64,000 bases of DNA from Candidatus Latescibacterota bacterium (GCA_965206595.1 OZ242214.1:2112001-2176000); one strand, 5' to 3'; counted from the stretch's first letter, positions 9,704-19,210 are shown. Notes: a model not told the origin generated them from the letters alone. A program made the numbers and translations.

Positions 9704-9716
9704 TTCGATCCCCGAA

Positions 9717-11933
9717 TCATAACAAGAAATCCTCGGTCGGACGTTGGTCGATAACTACGCCGAGATGTTCGTGATAGGCTGCCTCATCCAATACGCTCAG
9801 TTCCATACCGGGCAACAGCGGGCGAAGCAGTCCCATTTTATCAGCCTTCTGAAAGTCGCGCAAATGCAGATTGACCATAAAGCGTTGGAGATCGCGCAAA
9901 TCTTTACGAGTGAAACGCGCACTATCTATTTGGGTGCGCTCCCGGATAGCGGCTACCTTTTCCAAGGCTCTCTCCCTTGGCGCAATTACGGCTCGGGTGT
10001 CATCGGAGATTACCTTCGCTTTTCGGGCTACTTCGCGGAAACGCAATGCCTCCCGATCCTCCTGAATAGAGCTCTCTCGTCGGTGCTGATGATCCGTGGG
10101 TACGTATTGAAAAAGTTCGCCAAAATAGCGACGGAATAGATCCGGCTTACCAGACAAGTCATCCGCAGATAACTGATCCAGCAAACGCGCCGCGATGTCC
10201 GTAGCTACGCGATATACTCCTCCGGGTAGCTTGGCGTCCGTTGGTCGGAATACTACTACACGCCCCTTGTCTGGCAGGAGTCCTTCCCGATTGCAGCGAC
10301 CCGCTGCCTGCACGATCGAATCCAGTGGCCCCAAGGCGCGATAAACCAACGGAAAATCAATATCCACACCGGCCTCTATCACCTGCGTTGCCACCAACCA
10401 GCAAGGTTTGTCGTTTTCCAAACGCCATTGTGCCTCCGCCAGCACTTTGGTACGATGTTCGGCGCACATGGCAGAGGAAAGATGCATCACTCCTTCTAAT
10501 CTTTGTCTATGCAACAGTTCCCACCATTCAGCCGCCTGTTTGCGCGTATTCACCACGCCTAAAGCTTGAGGCTCGATCGACCATTCCTCAGCCAATTCCG
10601 ACCAATCGTTTTCCGTGGACCGCACCTCGTAAACTACCCGGCCTAACTTCTGAAACAACTCGCCAGGCTCCGACGCAATCTCTTTCACTTCCTCCGCATC
10701 GAAACCATTCGACAACGATCTGCTGCGACTAAAGGCTGGTTGGGTTGCGGTGGAAAAAACGAAACTCGCGTGGTAGTGTTCCTTGATATCTCGCAGGATA
10801 TGCAGGAGCGGATTGAGCAGATGCGAAGGCAGCGTCTGCACCTCATCCAGTAATACCACGGAATTCGCAATGTTGTGTAGTTTCCGACACTTGGAGGTAC
10901 GATTGGCAAAGAGTGACTCGATGAACTGCACTGAGGTGGTGACCATGACCGGTGCGTCCCAGTTTTCCGCTGCTAGTTCCTCTGGAGATCGGCATTGCTC
11001 CTCATCGTCATCCCTTGTAACTACTGCCGAATGATGCTCGATCACGATGCCTTCGTTTTTCGGATCAAGCACTTTGCGATATTCGGCGGCGTTTTGCTCA
11101 ATGATTGATAGGTAAGGTATAACCACTACCACACGCTCCATCTCATGTCTCCGCGCATGTTCCAAGGCAAAAGCCATGCCCGATAGCGTTTTTCCCCCAC
11201 CAGTCGGCACGGTTAAAGAAAAGAAACCTGCTGGCTCCGCTGCCTGCGCCAAGCAGTCCTCAAACACTCTGTTGCGCAACCGATTGAGTTCGCCGAAAGA
11301 ATTAAACTTGACTCGGTGCGCTTGCAGTCGCTTCAGCAGCAACGGGGCATTCAGCTTCACCGGACAGCGTTCTCGCCCTGTGCTGAATTGTTCTGTATCC
11401 AGAAAATCCGCGTCAACTAGGCAGGAAAACAGCATTCTCACGTAGAATTCGGTGACGGCCTTATCCTTCTCGGGATTGGCAAATTCCGGCTCGACCAGTT
11501 CTGCGGGAACTTTCCCCAGTTCCTCTTCAAACTGCTTTACCAGAGGACTGAGCCGGTTCATGGCATCGTATTTTTCTCCGCAGACGAATTCCTGCAAATC
11601 ACTCACGTTATGAAGGCCCGCATGATGTCCGCCAACGGCAAACGCCGGTCCCAGCCATTCTCTGTTGAAGGCCAGCGCAGCACCATACACTGCATGATGG
11701 GTTTCAACCGACCCCGGACGCTCCCCTGCCAGATACTCTTGAAAAGCCTCACTATATTTTCCCAGATCGTGGAGCAAACCGGCCAATTTGGCAGCGTTGG
11801 CAAAACCAAGTGGCTCGGCGAATTCCCGAGCATTGTCCGCTACGTTTTGCAAATGCTCGGATAATGGTTGCCAGTGTTCTTGGTTTAACCGCCCCCCAGT
11901 AGCCGTTTCAGCTGTATGGGCGTAATAGTTCAT
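9717..11933 (-). CDS. cas3: Cas3 HD nuclease-helicase
   Basis: YYAH, HDLGK, SCLVDADFLDT, VPTGGGKT, DEVQ, TATQP, QAAGRCNREG. Confidence 0.97.
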   Translation of the reverse strand: MNYYAHTAETATGGRLNQEHWQPLSEHLQNVADNAREFAEPLGFANAAKLAGLLHDLGKYSEAFQEYLAGERPGSVETHHAVYGAALAFNREWLGPAFAVGGHHAGLHNVSDLQEFVCGEKYDAMNRLSPLVKQFEEELGKVPAELVEPEFANPEKDKAVTEFYVRMLFSCLVDADFLDTEQFSTGRERCPVKLNAPLLLKRLQAHRVKFNSFGELNRLRNRVFEDCLAQAAEPAGFFSLTVPTGGGKTLSGMAFALEHARRHEMERVVVVIPYLSIIEQNAAEYRKVLDPKNEGIVIEHHSAVVTRDDDEEQCRSPEELAAENWDAPVMVTTSVQFIESLFANRTSKCRKLHNIANSVVLLDEVQTLPSHLLNPLLHILRDIKEHYHASFVFSTATQPAFSRSRSLSNGFDAEEVKEIASEPGELFQKLGRVVYEVRSTENDWSELAEEWSIEPQALGVVNTRKQAAEWWELLHRQRLEGVMHLSSAMCAEHRTKVLAEAQWRLENDKPCWLVATQVIEAGVDIDFPLVYRALGPLDSIVQAAGRCNREGLLPDKGRVVVFRPTDAKLPGGVYRVATDIAARLLDQLSADDLSGKPDLFRRYFGELFQYVPTDHQHRRESSIQEDREALRFREVARKAKVISDDTRAVIAPRERALEKVAAIRERTQIDSARFTRKDLRDLQRFMVNLHLRDFQKADKMGLLRPLLPGMELSVLDEAAYHEHLGVVIDQRPTEDFLL

Positions 11934-11977
11934 TCACTCAGCTTCCGACCATGTTGTGAAACAACCCCCCCGGCGCC

Positions 11978-12376
11978 TCAAATCGGATGCCGAGCGGCGC
12001 TTTTTATTCCGACGGCCTTCAACAAAACGGCCGGCAGCCGCTTCAGTTCTTTGTTGCGCGGATCGACCTCGAATCCGCCTGACTCCAATGCCGTAACGCC
12101 GAGCAAGGGTTCCGCGCCTTCGTCCCCGTACACGATCGCGCCACCGACGACTTCTCCCTCGAACTCGATCTCGGCGATGGTTATGTCAAAGGCGATGGAC
12201 TTTCCGTCCGGAAGCACGTATTCGCGGCGGCCCCTCGGTTCGAGTCCGATCGCTTCGAGGCGCGCCCTCGGAACGAGTGAGTCGAACGCGCCTGTATCGA
12301 CCAGGAATTTGCCGGTCCAGCTGCGTTGCGGGTCTGCGGGATTGCGGATCGTTACGTCAACATAGGTCGCGCCCAT
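11978..12376 (-). CDS. Clan AA (retropepsin-like) aspartyl protease, AF_0612-like
   Basis: FLVDTGA catalytic motif and PLLGVTALE; 132 aa. Confidence 0.85.
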   Translation of the reverse strand: MGATYVDVTIRNPADPQRSWTGKFLVDTGAFDSLVPRARLEAIGLEPRGRREYVLPDGKSIAFDITIAEIEFEGEVVGGAIVYGDEGAEPLLGVTALESGGFEVDPRNKELKRLPAVLLKAVGIKSAARHPI

Positions 12377-12458
12377 GGTGGTTCTCTCCTGAGTTGGCTG
12401 ATGAATATGGTGCCATTCCGTTCACTGCACAAGAGAGTAGTCTGCGCCAACGACAGGA

Positions 12459-12737
12459 TCACTTCCGGCGCTCGTGAAGCCGCGCGGTCTTTCCGAGGAA
12501 CCCTGCAATCTCCAGATCGTCGTCCAGCTCACCCAGAAGAGTTGGGGCCAGTTCGGGGCGCAGGCGGAGGGGACGCGACTCCACAACGAACGGCCGGACC
12601 TCCGATTCCGGATCTGACGGATCCAGACCCCGGCGCAAGGCATCGTTCAGGGTCTCCTTGAACCCCTTGCCCTTCCTGCGCATCTCCTCCCTCAGGAGTT
12701 GCTCCACATCGGCGTCCAGTGTGACTGTGGTTCTCAT
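12459..12737 (-). CDS. VapB-type RHH antitoxin (orphan)
   Basis: MRTTVTLDADV...FKETLNDALRRGL; stop overlaps GTG-ATC-CTG (start of a lost PIN toxin). Confidence 0.75.
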   Translation of the reverse strand: MRTTVTLDADVEQLLREEMRRKGKGFKETLNDALRRGLDPSDPESEVRPFVVESRPLRLRPELAPTLLGELDDDLEIAGFLGKTARLHERRK

Positions 12738-12748
12738 GTTTCACGTCC

Positions 12749-13522
12749 CTACCTGCAGGAAGCGAGGATCTCTCCGCTCAGCACCGTCGGGCACCAGAAC
12801 TTCTCGATGTACTCGACCACCAGCCGCGTGCCCTCGTCGTGGCTGACGTAGGGGGGCATCGCCGGATCGTACATCGCGTCGGTCAGGTCGCGGACCAGGA
12901 CGAGGTTCTTCCCCCAGCGCACCATCTGCTTGATCGCGAAGCTGCGGTTGAGGACGCACATGTTGGTGTGCACCCCCATGATCAGCAGGTTGTCGATCCC
13001 CCGGTGGTGCAGGCAGCTGAACACCTGCCTGCCGTCGTCGCTGACGAGGTCGGCGCCGTCGTCGATCTCTATGCCGGGGTGCTGCCGCGTCCATGCGATG
13101 CCGTCCCGGTCCGGGTCGTGGTAGCGCCGGTCGATCGCCTCGGTGTCCGAGCCCCCGTCGCTGGAATCGACCGGCTGCGGCGGGTCCTCCCGCTCGAGGT
13201 CGGACGGCGGGGCGACGGGCTCGGCGTCGAGAACGCGCTGCCGGGCGGGGGTGCCGGCGTAGAATTCCATGGTACTCGAAGGGGCGTGCACGATCTGCAC
13301 CCCGGATGCGCGCGCCGCGGCGACCACCTCGTTCATGCGCGGCACCATGGCGTCGACCCGTTCCGAGGCGCCGCGGCTCCAGTGCTTGTTCCAGACGTCG
13401 CACAGCAGCAGCGCGGTCGCTGCACAGTCGTACTCCGCCCCGGTGGCGACCACCTCCCAGCGGGCGCGGCCCCCATCCTGCCCGAGCCGCTGATGCCGCA
13501 GATTCAGATGAAGCTCGCTCAT
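12749..13522 (-). CDS. Isochorismatase/nicotinamidase-like cysteine hydrolase
   Basis: TALLLCDVW, IVHAPS, MGVHTNMCV, VRDLTDAMY. Confidence 0.8.
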   Translation of the reverse strand: MSELHLNLRHQRLGQDGGRARWEVVATGAEYDCAATALLLCDVWNKHWSRGASERVDAMVPRMNEVVAAARASGVQIVHAPSSTMEFYAGTPARQRVLDAEPVAPPSDLEREDPPQPVDSSDGGSDTEAIDRRYHDPDRDGIAWTRQHPGIEIDDGADLVSDDGRQVFSCLHHRGIDNLLIMGVHTNMCVLNRSFAIKQMVRWGKNLVLVRDLTDAMYDPAMPPYVSHDEGTRLVVEYIEKFWCPTVLSGEILASCR

Positions 13523-13523
13523 T

Positions 13524-14414
13524 TCAGTTGCCTCCCGTCGTCACGGGTGCAGAAACCGGAAGCGGTTCCCCCCCTTTGCAGACCGCGGGAAAATGGGGGC
13601 CTGCGGCGCTCATCCCCCCGCCGTCGGCCACCTCGACGAACTGCTTCATGAGGTGCTCTCCGCTGGCGTCGAAGACCGCGTCCCCGGTCATGTAGTGGAT
13701 GGCTATGGCCCGGCGCGGACGCTGCGACCTGTTGAACGGCGACCCGTGCCAGTTGAGGCTGTGGTGGAAGGAGACCTCCCCCCGCATGACCGGCAGCGGC
13801 CGCGGCCGGACTTCGGAAATCTCCGCTCCCTCCGGTGGGGAGAACCCCTCGATATCCCCGAACTCGTCCAGCTGCGTCAGCGCCCCCTGGGTGCGCAGGA
13901 ACTCGATCCGGTTCCCCCAGCGGAAGCTGCCGGGGACCATCCACATGCAGCCGTTCTCCTCGTCGGCGTCGTCGAGCGGCACCCAGGCCGACACCGGGGT
14001 CATCGGCTTGATGATCGGCCACAGCGGCGCATCCTGGTGCCATCGGGTGGAGCCGCCGCGCGCCGCCGGTTTGTACTGGATCTGGTCGTGCCATACCATG
14101 AGGTCGGGATGGCCGGTCAGCTGACTCACCGCCCGCACGAGGAAGGGGTGGGACATCAGGCGCCGGAAAGCGTCCGATGCCTCCCATATGTTGACGATCT
14201 GCCACACCGGATGCTCGCTGGCCCCGCCGCCACGGGCCCCCATGTCGCGAAAGGAGACCGGCTGCGGGTGCCCCGGACCGAACCCGTCCGGACCGATGTC
14301 GAGAATGCGGTCGAGCTCCGCCCCGAGCTCGTCGACCTCCTCCAGCGACAGCGCCTTGCCCGCGTTGATGAAACCGTTGCGCTCGAACTCCTGCACCTGC
14401 TGCTCGCTCAGCAC
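13524..14414 (-). CDS. Phytanoyl-CoA dioxygenase (PhyH) family Fe/2OG oxygenase
   Basis: WHQD, WVPLDDADEENGCMWMVPGS, FHHSLNWHGS, RRA. Confidence 0.88.
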   Translation of the reverse strand: MLSEQQVQEFERNGFINAGKALSLEEVDELGAELDRILDIGPDGFGPGHPQPVSFRDMGARGGGASEHPVWQIVNIWEASDAFRRLMSHPFLVRAVSQLTGHPDLMVWHDQIQYKPAARGGSTRWHQDAPLWPIIKPMTPVSAWVPLDDADEENGCMWMVPGSFRWGNRIEFLRTQGALTQLDEFGDIEGFSPPEGAEISEVRPRPLPVMRGEVSFHHSLNWHGSPFNRSQRPRRAIAIHYMTGDAVFDASGEHLMKQFVEVADGGGMSAAGPHFPAVCKGGEPLPVSAPVTTGGN

Positions 14415-14425
14415 GTTGTTCCTCC

Positions 14426-14950
14426 GGGAATTATGTACTTAACTGCACAAGGTAACTTTAGTAATCTCATCCGCGAATTTAAAGAAAATCTGGTATAATA
14501 TAGTAGAGAAAATACCAGAGAGAAGGACATCCCGGTCCTCAAAGTGTTTAGCCCGGAAACTCGAAAGCATGTCAGATTGACACCACGGGTTAAGCTGTCG
14601 CGGCGAGCGATACCGACGAGAGGCAGCGAGCAGCGGGTTGTCACCTTGCTGACCATTTGGAATGATTCGCTCGTTCCCTCGACCGATGATGAGTGAAGGG
14701 AGCCGGAGGGATCTCCGCCCCCACCAGATCCAGATACGTCAGCCGTTTCCCCACCATCCCGGAAGCAAGCAGTTCCATCTGTTCCAGGATATCCACTCCT
14801 CTGGTATTGTACCTCCCTACCATCTCGATGAGGTATCGGGGAAAATACTTGGGAGATAGGTGGTGATAGATCCCGCGATAGATTCGTTTCGCCAGAGCCC
14901 AGAACGATTCAATGCCGTTCGTATGGACATCGCCCCTGACGAATTCTTTT
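14426..14950 (-). mobile_element. IS1595-family 3' remnant
   Basis: VHTNGIESFWALAKR..GIYHHLSPKYFPRYL..GKRLTY in 14641-14946; end GGGAATTATGTA at 14426 fits the ISNwi1-type ggnnatTAT pattern as recalled. Confidence 0.8.
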
Positions 14951-15028
14951 GGCTCGTCAGTAGAATTCGTGGGTGAATTGGGGCTCGGGTAAATCGCCAA
15001 GCTGATGGAATGAAGCGATTTGGAGTGC
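14951..15028 (-). mobile_element. ISL3-family right-end remnant inserted in the IS1595 transposase
   Basis: Minus-strand ALQIASFHQLGDLPEPQFTHEFY* resembles ISL3 transposase C-termini; GGCTC terminus at 14951. Confidence 0.6.
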
Positions 15029-15892
15029 CTTGAACCTATCTCAAAATTGAAATTGTTTAAGTAAAATCAAAATGGATGCAAGTTGGACGAAGCCAAGAAA
15101 ATTCTCCGGATACAATTCCCAGCGAGTGATCACTCGATCGACGCTGCCATTGAAGCCAAGCAAAGAATCTCTCAACCATCCAAGGCCGCACATATCGCCG
15201 CAATCGCCGTCCATCCTGAGTCTTTTTCTTGGTCCGATTCTGGCGATGCGGGGCGATCATCTCGATCCCGTCTTTCTTAAGCTCTTCATCCAACGAATCG
15301 CTGTCGTACGCTTTATCGCCGATCAAGTTGTCAGGTTGGTCTTCGATCAAGTAAAAGTCAAAGGTCAACTGAACCAGCGTCACTTCATGATGGTTCGCTG
15401 CATGCGTGCTCACCGACAAGGGAAGCCCATTGCCGTCCACGATCCCCATGACCCGCACCCCCTTACCTCGCCTGGTTTGGCCGATATCGGCACCTCCACC
15501 CTTGGCCGCCGAGAACATGCCATCGATGAAAGCCTCCGATTCGTCCAGGCCCCCTTGCTCGTGAAGGGTCTGGGCCAGGTCCATGAGAACTTCGCGTACC
15601 ACCCCTTGACGACACCCGTTTTGAAAACGGCGATGCACGGTTTTGTAGTTCGGATAGCACGGCGGCAACATAGGCCATTGAGCCCCGGTGTTTAGAATCC
15701 AAAGGACGGCTTCAAAAACATCACGGGTGCAAACCGGTTTGCGACCCGGATGGCTCTTGGGACGAAGTTCTTCAGGAAAGTGATGGCGGATTCGTTGCCA
15801 TTGCATGTCGGTCAGATTGACCATACACCAATGGTACATCACTGTCATTTCGAAAACAAGTTTAAGTTTGCCTATTTTGAGATAGGTTCAAG
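15029..15892 (-). mobile_element. IS5-family element (transposase 15057-15848, C-terminal frameshift)
   Basis: 19-bp perfect inverted repeat CTTGAACCTATCTCAAAAT at 15029-15047 and 15874-15892; LTDMQW, TGAQW, TVHRRF, GDKAYDSD, VERFFAWL; a 4-bp TCGA duplication shifts the RR-VITRWE tail. Confidence 0.92.
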
Positions 15893-16195
15893 AGAAAAAA
15901 GATCAATTCTCAACTACCTGAAGGGAGGACTGTCAAAAGCGATCTTGAGCTACATAGAGCCCCGTCGCCCTCAACACATCGAGAGTCTGCTTGTTCGTCT
16001 CGATTGGAAAGACTTTTGACACTTCAAGCTGCGTCCCGGACCCTGCGTCTTTCTGCACGATATTCGCGCATCCTCGCAAGTGGCACTTTGTCCGATGTTC
16101 TCTGATTGCGCCTTAGCTACCGGTTCGGCCCAGCGGGGCAGTCTGTAGGACGTGCAAGCCGAATGGCGTTCTGCTCGCCTTGAATCTGTTGTGCA

Positions 16196-16269
16196 AGCGG
16201 TCGAGGCGAAGTTCCTCACCGGTTGCGTAAAGCATTTTCTGAGCGGTCGAGGCGATGTTCCTCACCGGT
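16196..16269. repeat. Two 28-bp direct repeats with internal dyad
   Basis: AGCGGTCGAGGCGA(A/T)GTTCCTCACCGGT at 16196-16223 and 16242-16269. Confidence 0.85.
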
Positions 16270-16331
16270 CGCAAAGACCATTATTGGAGGATTGTCCCGA
16301 AAATGATGGTCAATAAGAAAATTTCATGGTA

Positions 16332-16361
16332 TTGACACAGTCCATAGGCAATGCTTATACT
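16332..16361 (+). promoter_or_regulatory. Near-consensus sigma70 promoter
   Basis: TTGACA-N18-TATACT. Confidence 0.7.
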
Positions 16362-16428
16362 TGAAAAACGAGGCAGGATGGATCGCCAAGACGCCGCAAG
16401 CCGGTCGAGCATCCATTGAAGGACGTGC

Positions 16429-16466
16429 GCCCAGCTGCGATCCAGCTCGCAGCTGGGCTTTTTTTT
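16429..16466 (+). terminator. Intrinsic terminator 1
   Basis: GCCCAGCTGCGA/TCGCAGCTGGGC perfect 12-bp stem followed by T8. Confidence 0.85.
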
Positions 16467-16542
16467 GCGAAACTCCGATAATGGCTTACGATTGAGAATG
16501 GAAGCATCCTCGCTTTCATTTTCGTTCATTGCTCTACTCCTA

Positions 16543-16592
16543 CCTCGCCTGGTGTGATTCTGTGGCAGATCGCATCAGGCGGGGATTTTTTT
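16543..16592 (+). terminator. Intrinsic terminator 2
   Basis: 16-bp stem CCTCGCCTGGTGTGAT/ATCGCATCAGGCGGGG whose three non-WC pairs are all G-U on the plus strand, followed by A then T7. Confidence 0.75.
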
Positions 16593-16780
16593 GTGCCTTG
16601 CACAGAAACGAGGGAAAACGCTATGCCCCGGAACATGCCTTTGCCGGTCAGAAAGATCAGTATCGCAGAATACGAACAACTCTCCGCGTCGCGCACTGTG
16701 CCCACAACAAGGTCCGCCAGCCCTCCTACGGCGCCGACAGCCTCACCCAGGCTCCAGAGGAAGGCCGTCGATCCAGTCAA

Positions 16781-18400
16781 GTAACCGTTCAGTTCCCCTG
16801 GCAGGTTGGGGCCGGGGGCGGAATGGTAGCAGAATATTAGCGAATGGCGGAGTGGGTTGAAGGCAGCAGCGAGGGCGCCGGCTGCTGAGACACGGCCGCG
16901 TCACAGGCCATCCTGAGATAGTCGAGGACGTTGCGCTGCTGCTGGCGCAGGGTATCGCGTACCGTGAGCAGGCGCTCTACGAAACGGCTGCCTTCGGCAC
17001 TGTGGGTACCGAAGCTGGTGTGACGCCACAACACGCCATGGCGAAGGGCTCGTTCGGCTTCGTTGTTGGTCGGCTCGACGCCGGGCCGGCGTGCGCAGGT
17101 CCACAGGGCCGGCCCGAGGTCGAGGAGATTGGCGCAGGTGGCCGCCGTCTTGGCGTCGGCGAACTGCTGCCCATAGCACAAATGAAAACGAAAGCGCAGA
17201 CACAAATCGTCGATATAGTCCTGGAAGCGGGCGCGGGACAGGGTACCGTCGCGGACTTGATGCCACCAGGTAAACAGCTGCTCGCTGCGGTCCAACAGGT
17301 GTTGACCGACGCGCCCGGCCTCTCCGCCCCGGGCCACGAACTCCTCGAAGGCGCGCCGCAGATGAGCCCAGCACACGTGCCGGCGTCGTAGCGGCAGATG
17401 CGCGTAGGCCGAATAGCGATCGGAGCCGACCACCGCCCGGTTGTCCGCACCCAGCACCTCATCGACCCCGTCCCGTCCCCGGCTTGGGCGAATGGCGAAC
17501 ACGGTGACGCCGGCCGTCACCGCGGTCCACAACCAGGCCTTGGCGCGGCGCTGGCGCCAGCCGGTCTCGTCGACGTTGACGAGGCCCTGTCGGCGAACGA
17601 AGGCGCGCGCCTCCTCGACCGGAGCCGCCAGGGCCGCGGCCACCTCCCGTTCCAGTCGGCTGACCGTACCCAGCGACACCTCGAGGCCGAAGGCGTCGGA
17701 CAACAACGCCCGGATGTTGCGCTTGCTCAGCCGGTAGGCCCCGGCCAGCAGGCCGACCCAGGCTTGCACGCTGGGACCGAAGGTGTGGCGCGACACGCCC
17801 TCGGGCCAACCGGCTGCGGTCAGGCGGTCGCAGTGACCGCAGCGCAGGGTGTGCAACTGATACTCGATGACCTCGGCCCGCAGCGGCGGGAGGACGACTT
17901 CCTGGTGACGCTGCGGATGAGGATCGTCTCCCGTCAACGGGTGCCCGCATCCGTGGCACGTACTCGGCTTGACCGGGATCCGTTCGTCCACCTGCTCCAC
18001 CGATACCCACGAGCGGCCGGGTCCTTCGTGCCCGGGCTGTCCGCCCGGCGAGCGCCCCGAGGATCGGCGTCGGGAGGTGTCGGTGCGCGGCGAGGAGGAA
18101 GCGCCCGATTGCGACGAGGCGGCCCGGGCACCGCGGCGGGAGCGCCCCTTGCGGCGGGCCAATTCCCGCTCCAGCTCCCCGATGCGCGCCGTCTGTTGTT
18201 CCACGATCTGCTCAAGCTGGACAATGCGCTGGCGCAGGTCGCCTTCGGAAATCGTACTCTCAGGAGGTCTCTTCATGGGGTCGCCGTATCCAGGGAAATC
18301 TGCAACACACAACCGATCCCGAAAATACCGACGAACCCGAAAACCCGCTTAGGTATTTCTTTATATGCTCAAACTACTGCAGGGGGGACTGAACGGTTAC
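16781..18400 (-). mobile_element. IS66-family element (single-ORF, ISBst12-like)
   Basis: TIRs GTAACCGTTCAG...CTGAACGGTTAC; 8-bp TSD CCAGTCAA at 16773-16780 and 18401-18408. Confidence 0.96.
16837..18276 (-). CDS. tnpC: IS66 transposase
   Basis: GGQPGH, CxxC zinc finger, VDETGW, CWAHLRR, PTNNEAERALR. Confidence 0.93.
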   Translation of the reverse strand: MKRPPESTISEGDLRQRIVQLEQIVEQQTARIGELERELARRKGRSRRGARAASSQSGASSSPRTDTSRRRSSGRSPGGQPGHEGPGRSWVSVEQVDERIPVKPSTCHGCGHPLTGDDPHPQRHQEVVLPPLRAEVIEYQLHTLRCGHCDRLTAAGWPEGVSRHTFGPSVQAWVGLLAGAYRLSKRNIRALLSDAFGLEVSLGTVSRLEREVAAALAAPVEEARAFVRRQGLVNVDETGWRQRRAKAWLWTAVTAGVTVFAIRPSRGRDGVDEVLGADNRAVVGSDRYSAYAHLPLRRRHVCWAHLRRAFEEFVARGGEAGRVGQHLLDRSEQLFTWWHQVRDGTLSRARFQDYIDDLCLRFRFHLCYGQQFADAKTAATCANLLDLGPALWTCARRPGVEPTNNEAERALRHGVLWRHTSFGTHSAEGSRFVERLLTVRDTLRQQQRNVLDYLRMACDAAVSQQPAPSLLPSTHSAIR

Positions 18401-18643
18401 CCAGTCAAAGCCCGCAAGCCTCAGAAGGCCAAAAAGACCGTCAAAAAGCCCAAGGGACTGAAGCAGGGGGACGCACGGCCCACCTTGGAGAATGAAGGTG
18501 TGGCGCCGAAAGGGTAGGGACGTGAAGCGGGATATTTCGATGCGTTACTTGTGCGATGAATGCCATTCCGCATTGATGCAGCCAGCGGAGAAGGCGACAT
18601 TGTTAGCTGCGCAATGATGCGCAACTGGCAAGGAGAACCTGCA

Positions 18644-18835
18644 ATGAGTGAACCACGCAGACCCGTTTTTTACCTCAAGATTCCATCTGGCCCAAAGTGC
18701 GTTGTCTGCAATGATGGTTCCGTTTTCCGTTATGCGGAGCACATCGAAAAGGGCAAAGGCAAGGGGTGGCTACGTATGCCACCAATACCCGGAACCCCGG
18801 CAGACGTAGAAAAGGAGAAGAACCGTGAGCCTTGA
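18644..18835 (+). CDS. Small hypothetical protein
   Basis: AGGAG RBS; MSEPRRPVFYLKIP...; overlaps next ORF. Confidence 0.55.
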   Translation: MSEPRRPVFYLKIPSGPKCVVCNDGSVFRYAEHIEKGKGKGWLRMPPIPGTPADVEKEKNREP

Positions 18836-19160
18836 CGAAACCGTTGCTGAAGCCAGAGAGCTACGAGGTGAACTAATTGGCTTACAGAAAAAATTGAAGG
18901 GGATGGCTGAAAATCTGAATGGTGTGGCCACCACGCTGCATAACGTAGACAAGCCGGAAGGGGTGTTTTTCAGAGGAACCTTTTCCTTCCAGGAAGAACT
19001 TCCTTCCTTCCAGAAAGGGGAGGCGAAAATCGAAGCGATACTGCCTTCCAAGGAGGAAGTTGAAGAAGCATTCCAAGAGTACAAGGCCAAGAATTCCCGT
19101 TATTTTGACCTCTGCAAGATTCTGGAAAACAACGAGTTGCAACTACTCCCGAAAAAATAG
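18825..19160 (+). CDS. Hypothetical coiled-coil protein
   Basis: AAGGAG RBS, GTG start, followed by strong hairpin. Confidence 0.65.
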   Translation: MSLDETVAEARELRGELIGLQKKLKGMAENLNGVATTLHNVDKPEGVFFRGTFSFQEELPSFQKGEAKIEAILPSKEEVEEAFQEYKAKNSRYFDLCKILENNELQLLPKK

Positions 19161-19174
19161 CCAACCTCCACCAC

Positions 19175-19210
19175 AGAAGCCCCCCGGAATCGAGGTTCCG
19201 GGGGGCTTCT
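19175..19210 (+). terminator. Hairpin/terminator after small-ORF operon
   Basis: AGAAGCCCCCCGGAA/TTCCGGGGGGCTTCT perfect 15-bp stem. Confidence 0.75.

Larger units (their letters stand above)
16623..18517 (+). pseudogene. Small Lys/Pro-rich ORF (about 88 aa restored) interrupted by IS66
   Basis: Removing the IS and one TSD copy joins MPRNMPLPVRK...KAVD to PVKARKPQKAKKTVKKPK...PKG* in frame. Confidence 0.5.

Noticed and set aside
11932-11940. 9-nt match (TGAGTGAAT) between the sequence after the solitary repeat and the cas3 start region, a possible CreR-like target
   Set aside because: Position 1 is mismatched, the flank is AAG rather than TTC, and 9 nt is within chance
15893-16019. Truncated gene tail as a retron reverse-transcriptase C-terminus
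   Set aside because: Only vague similarity; no YADD or VTG motif survives
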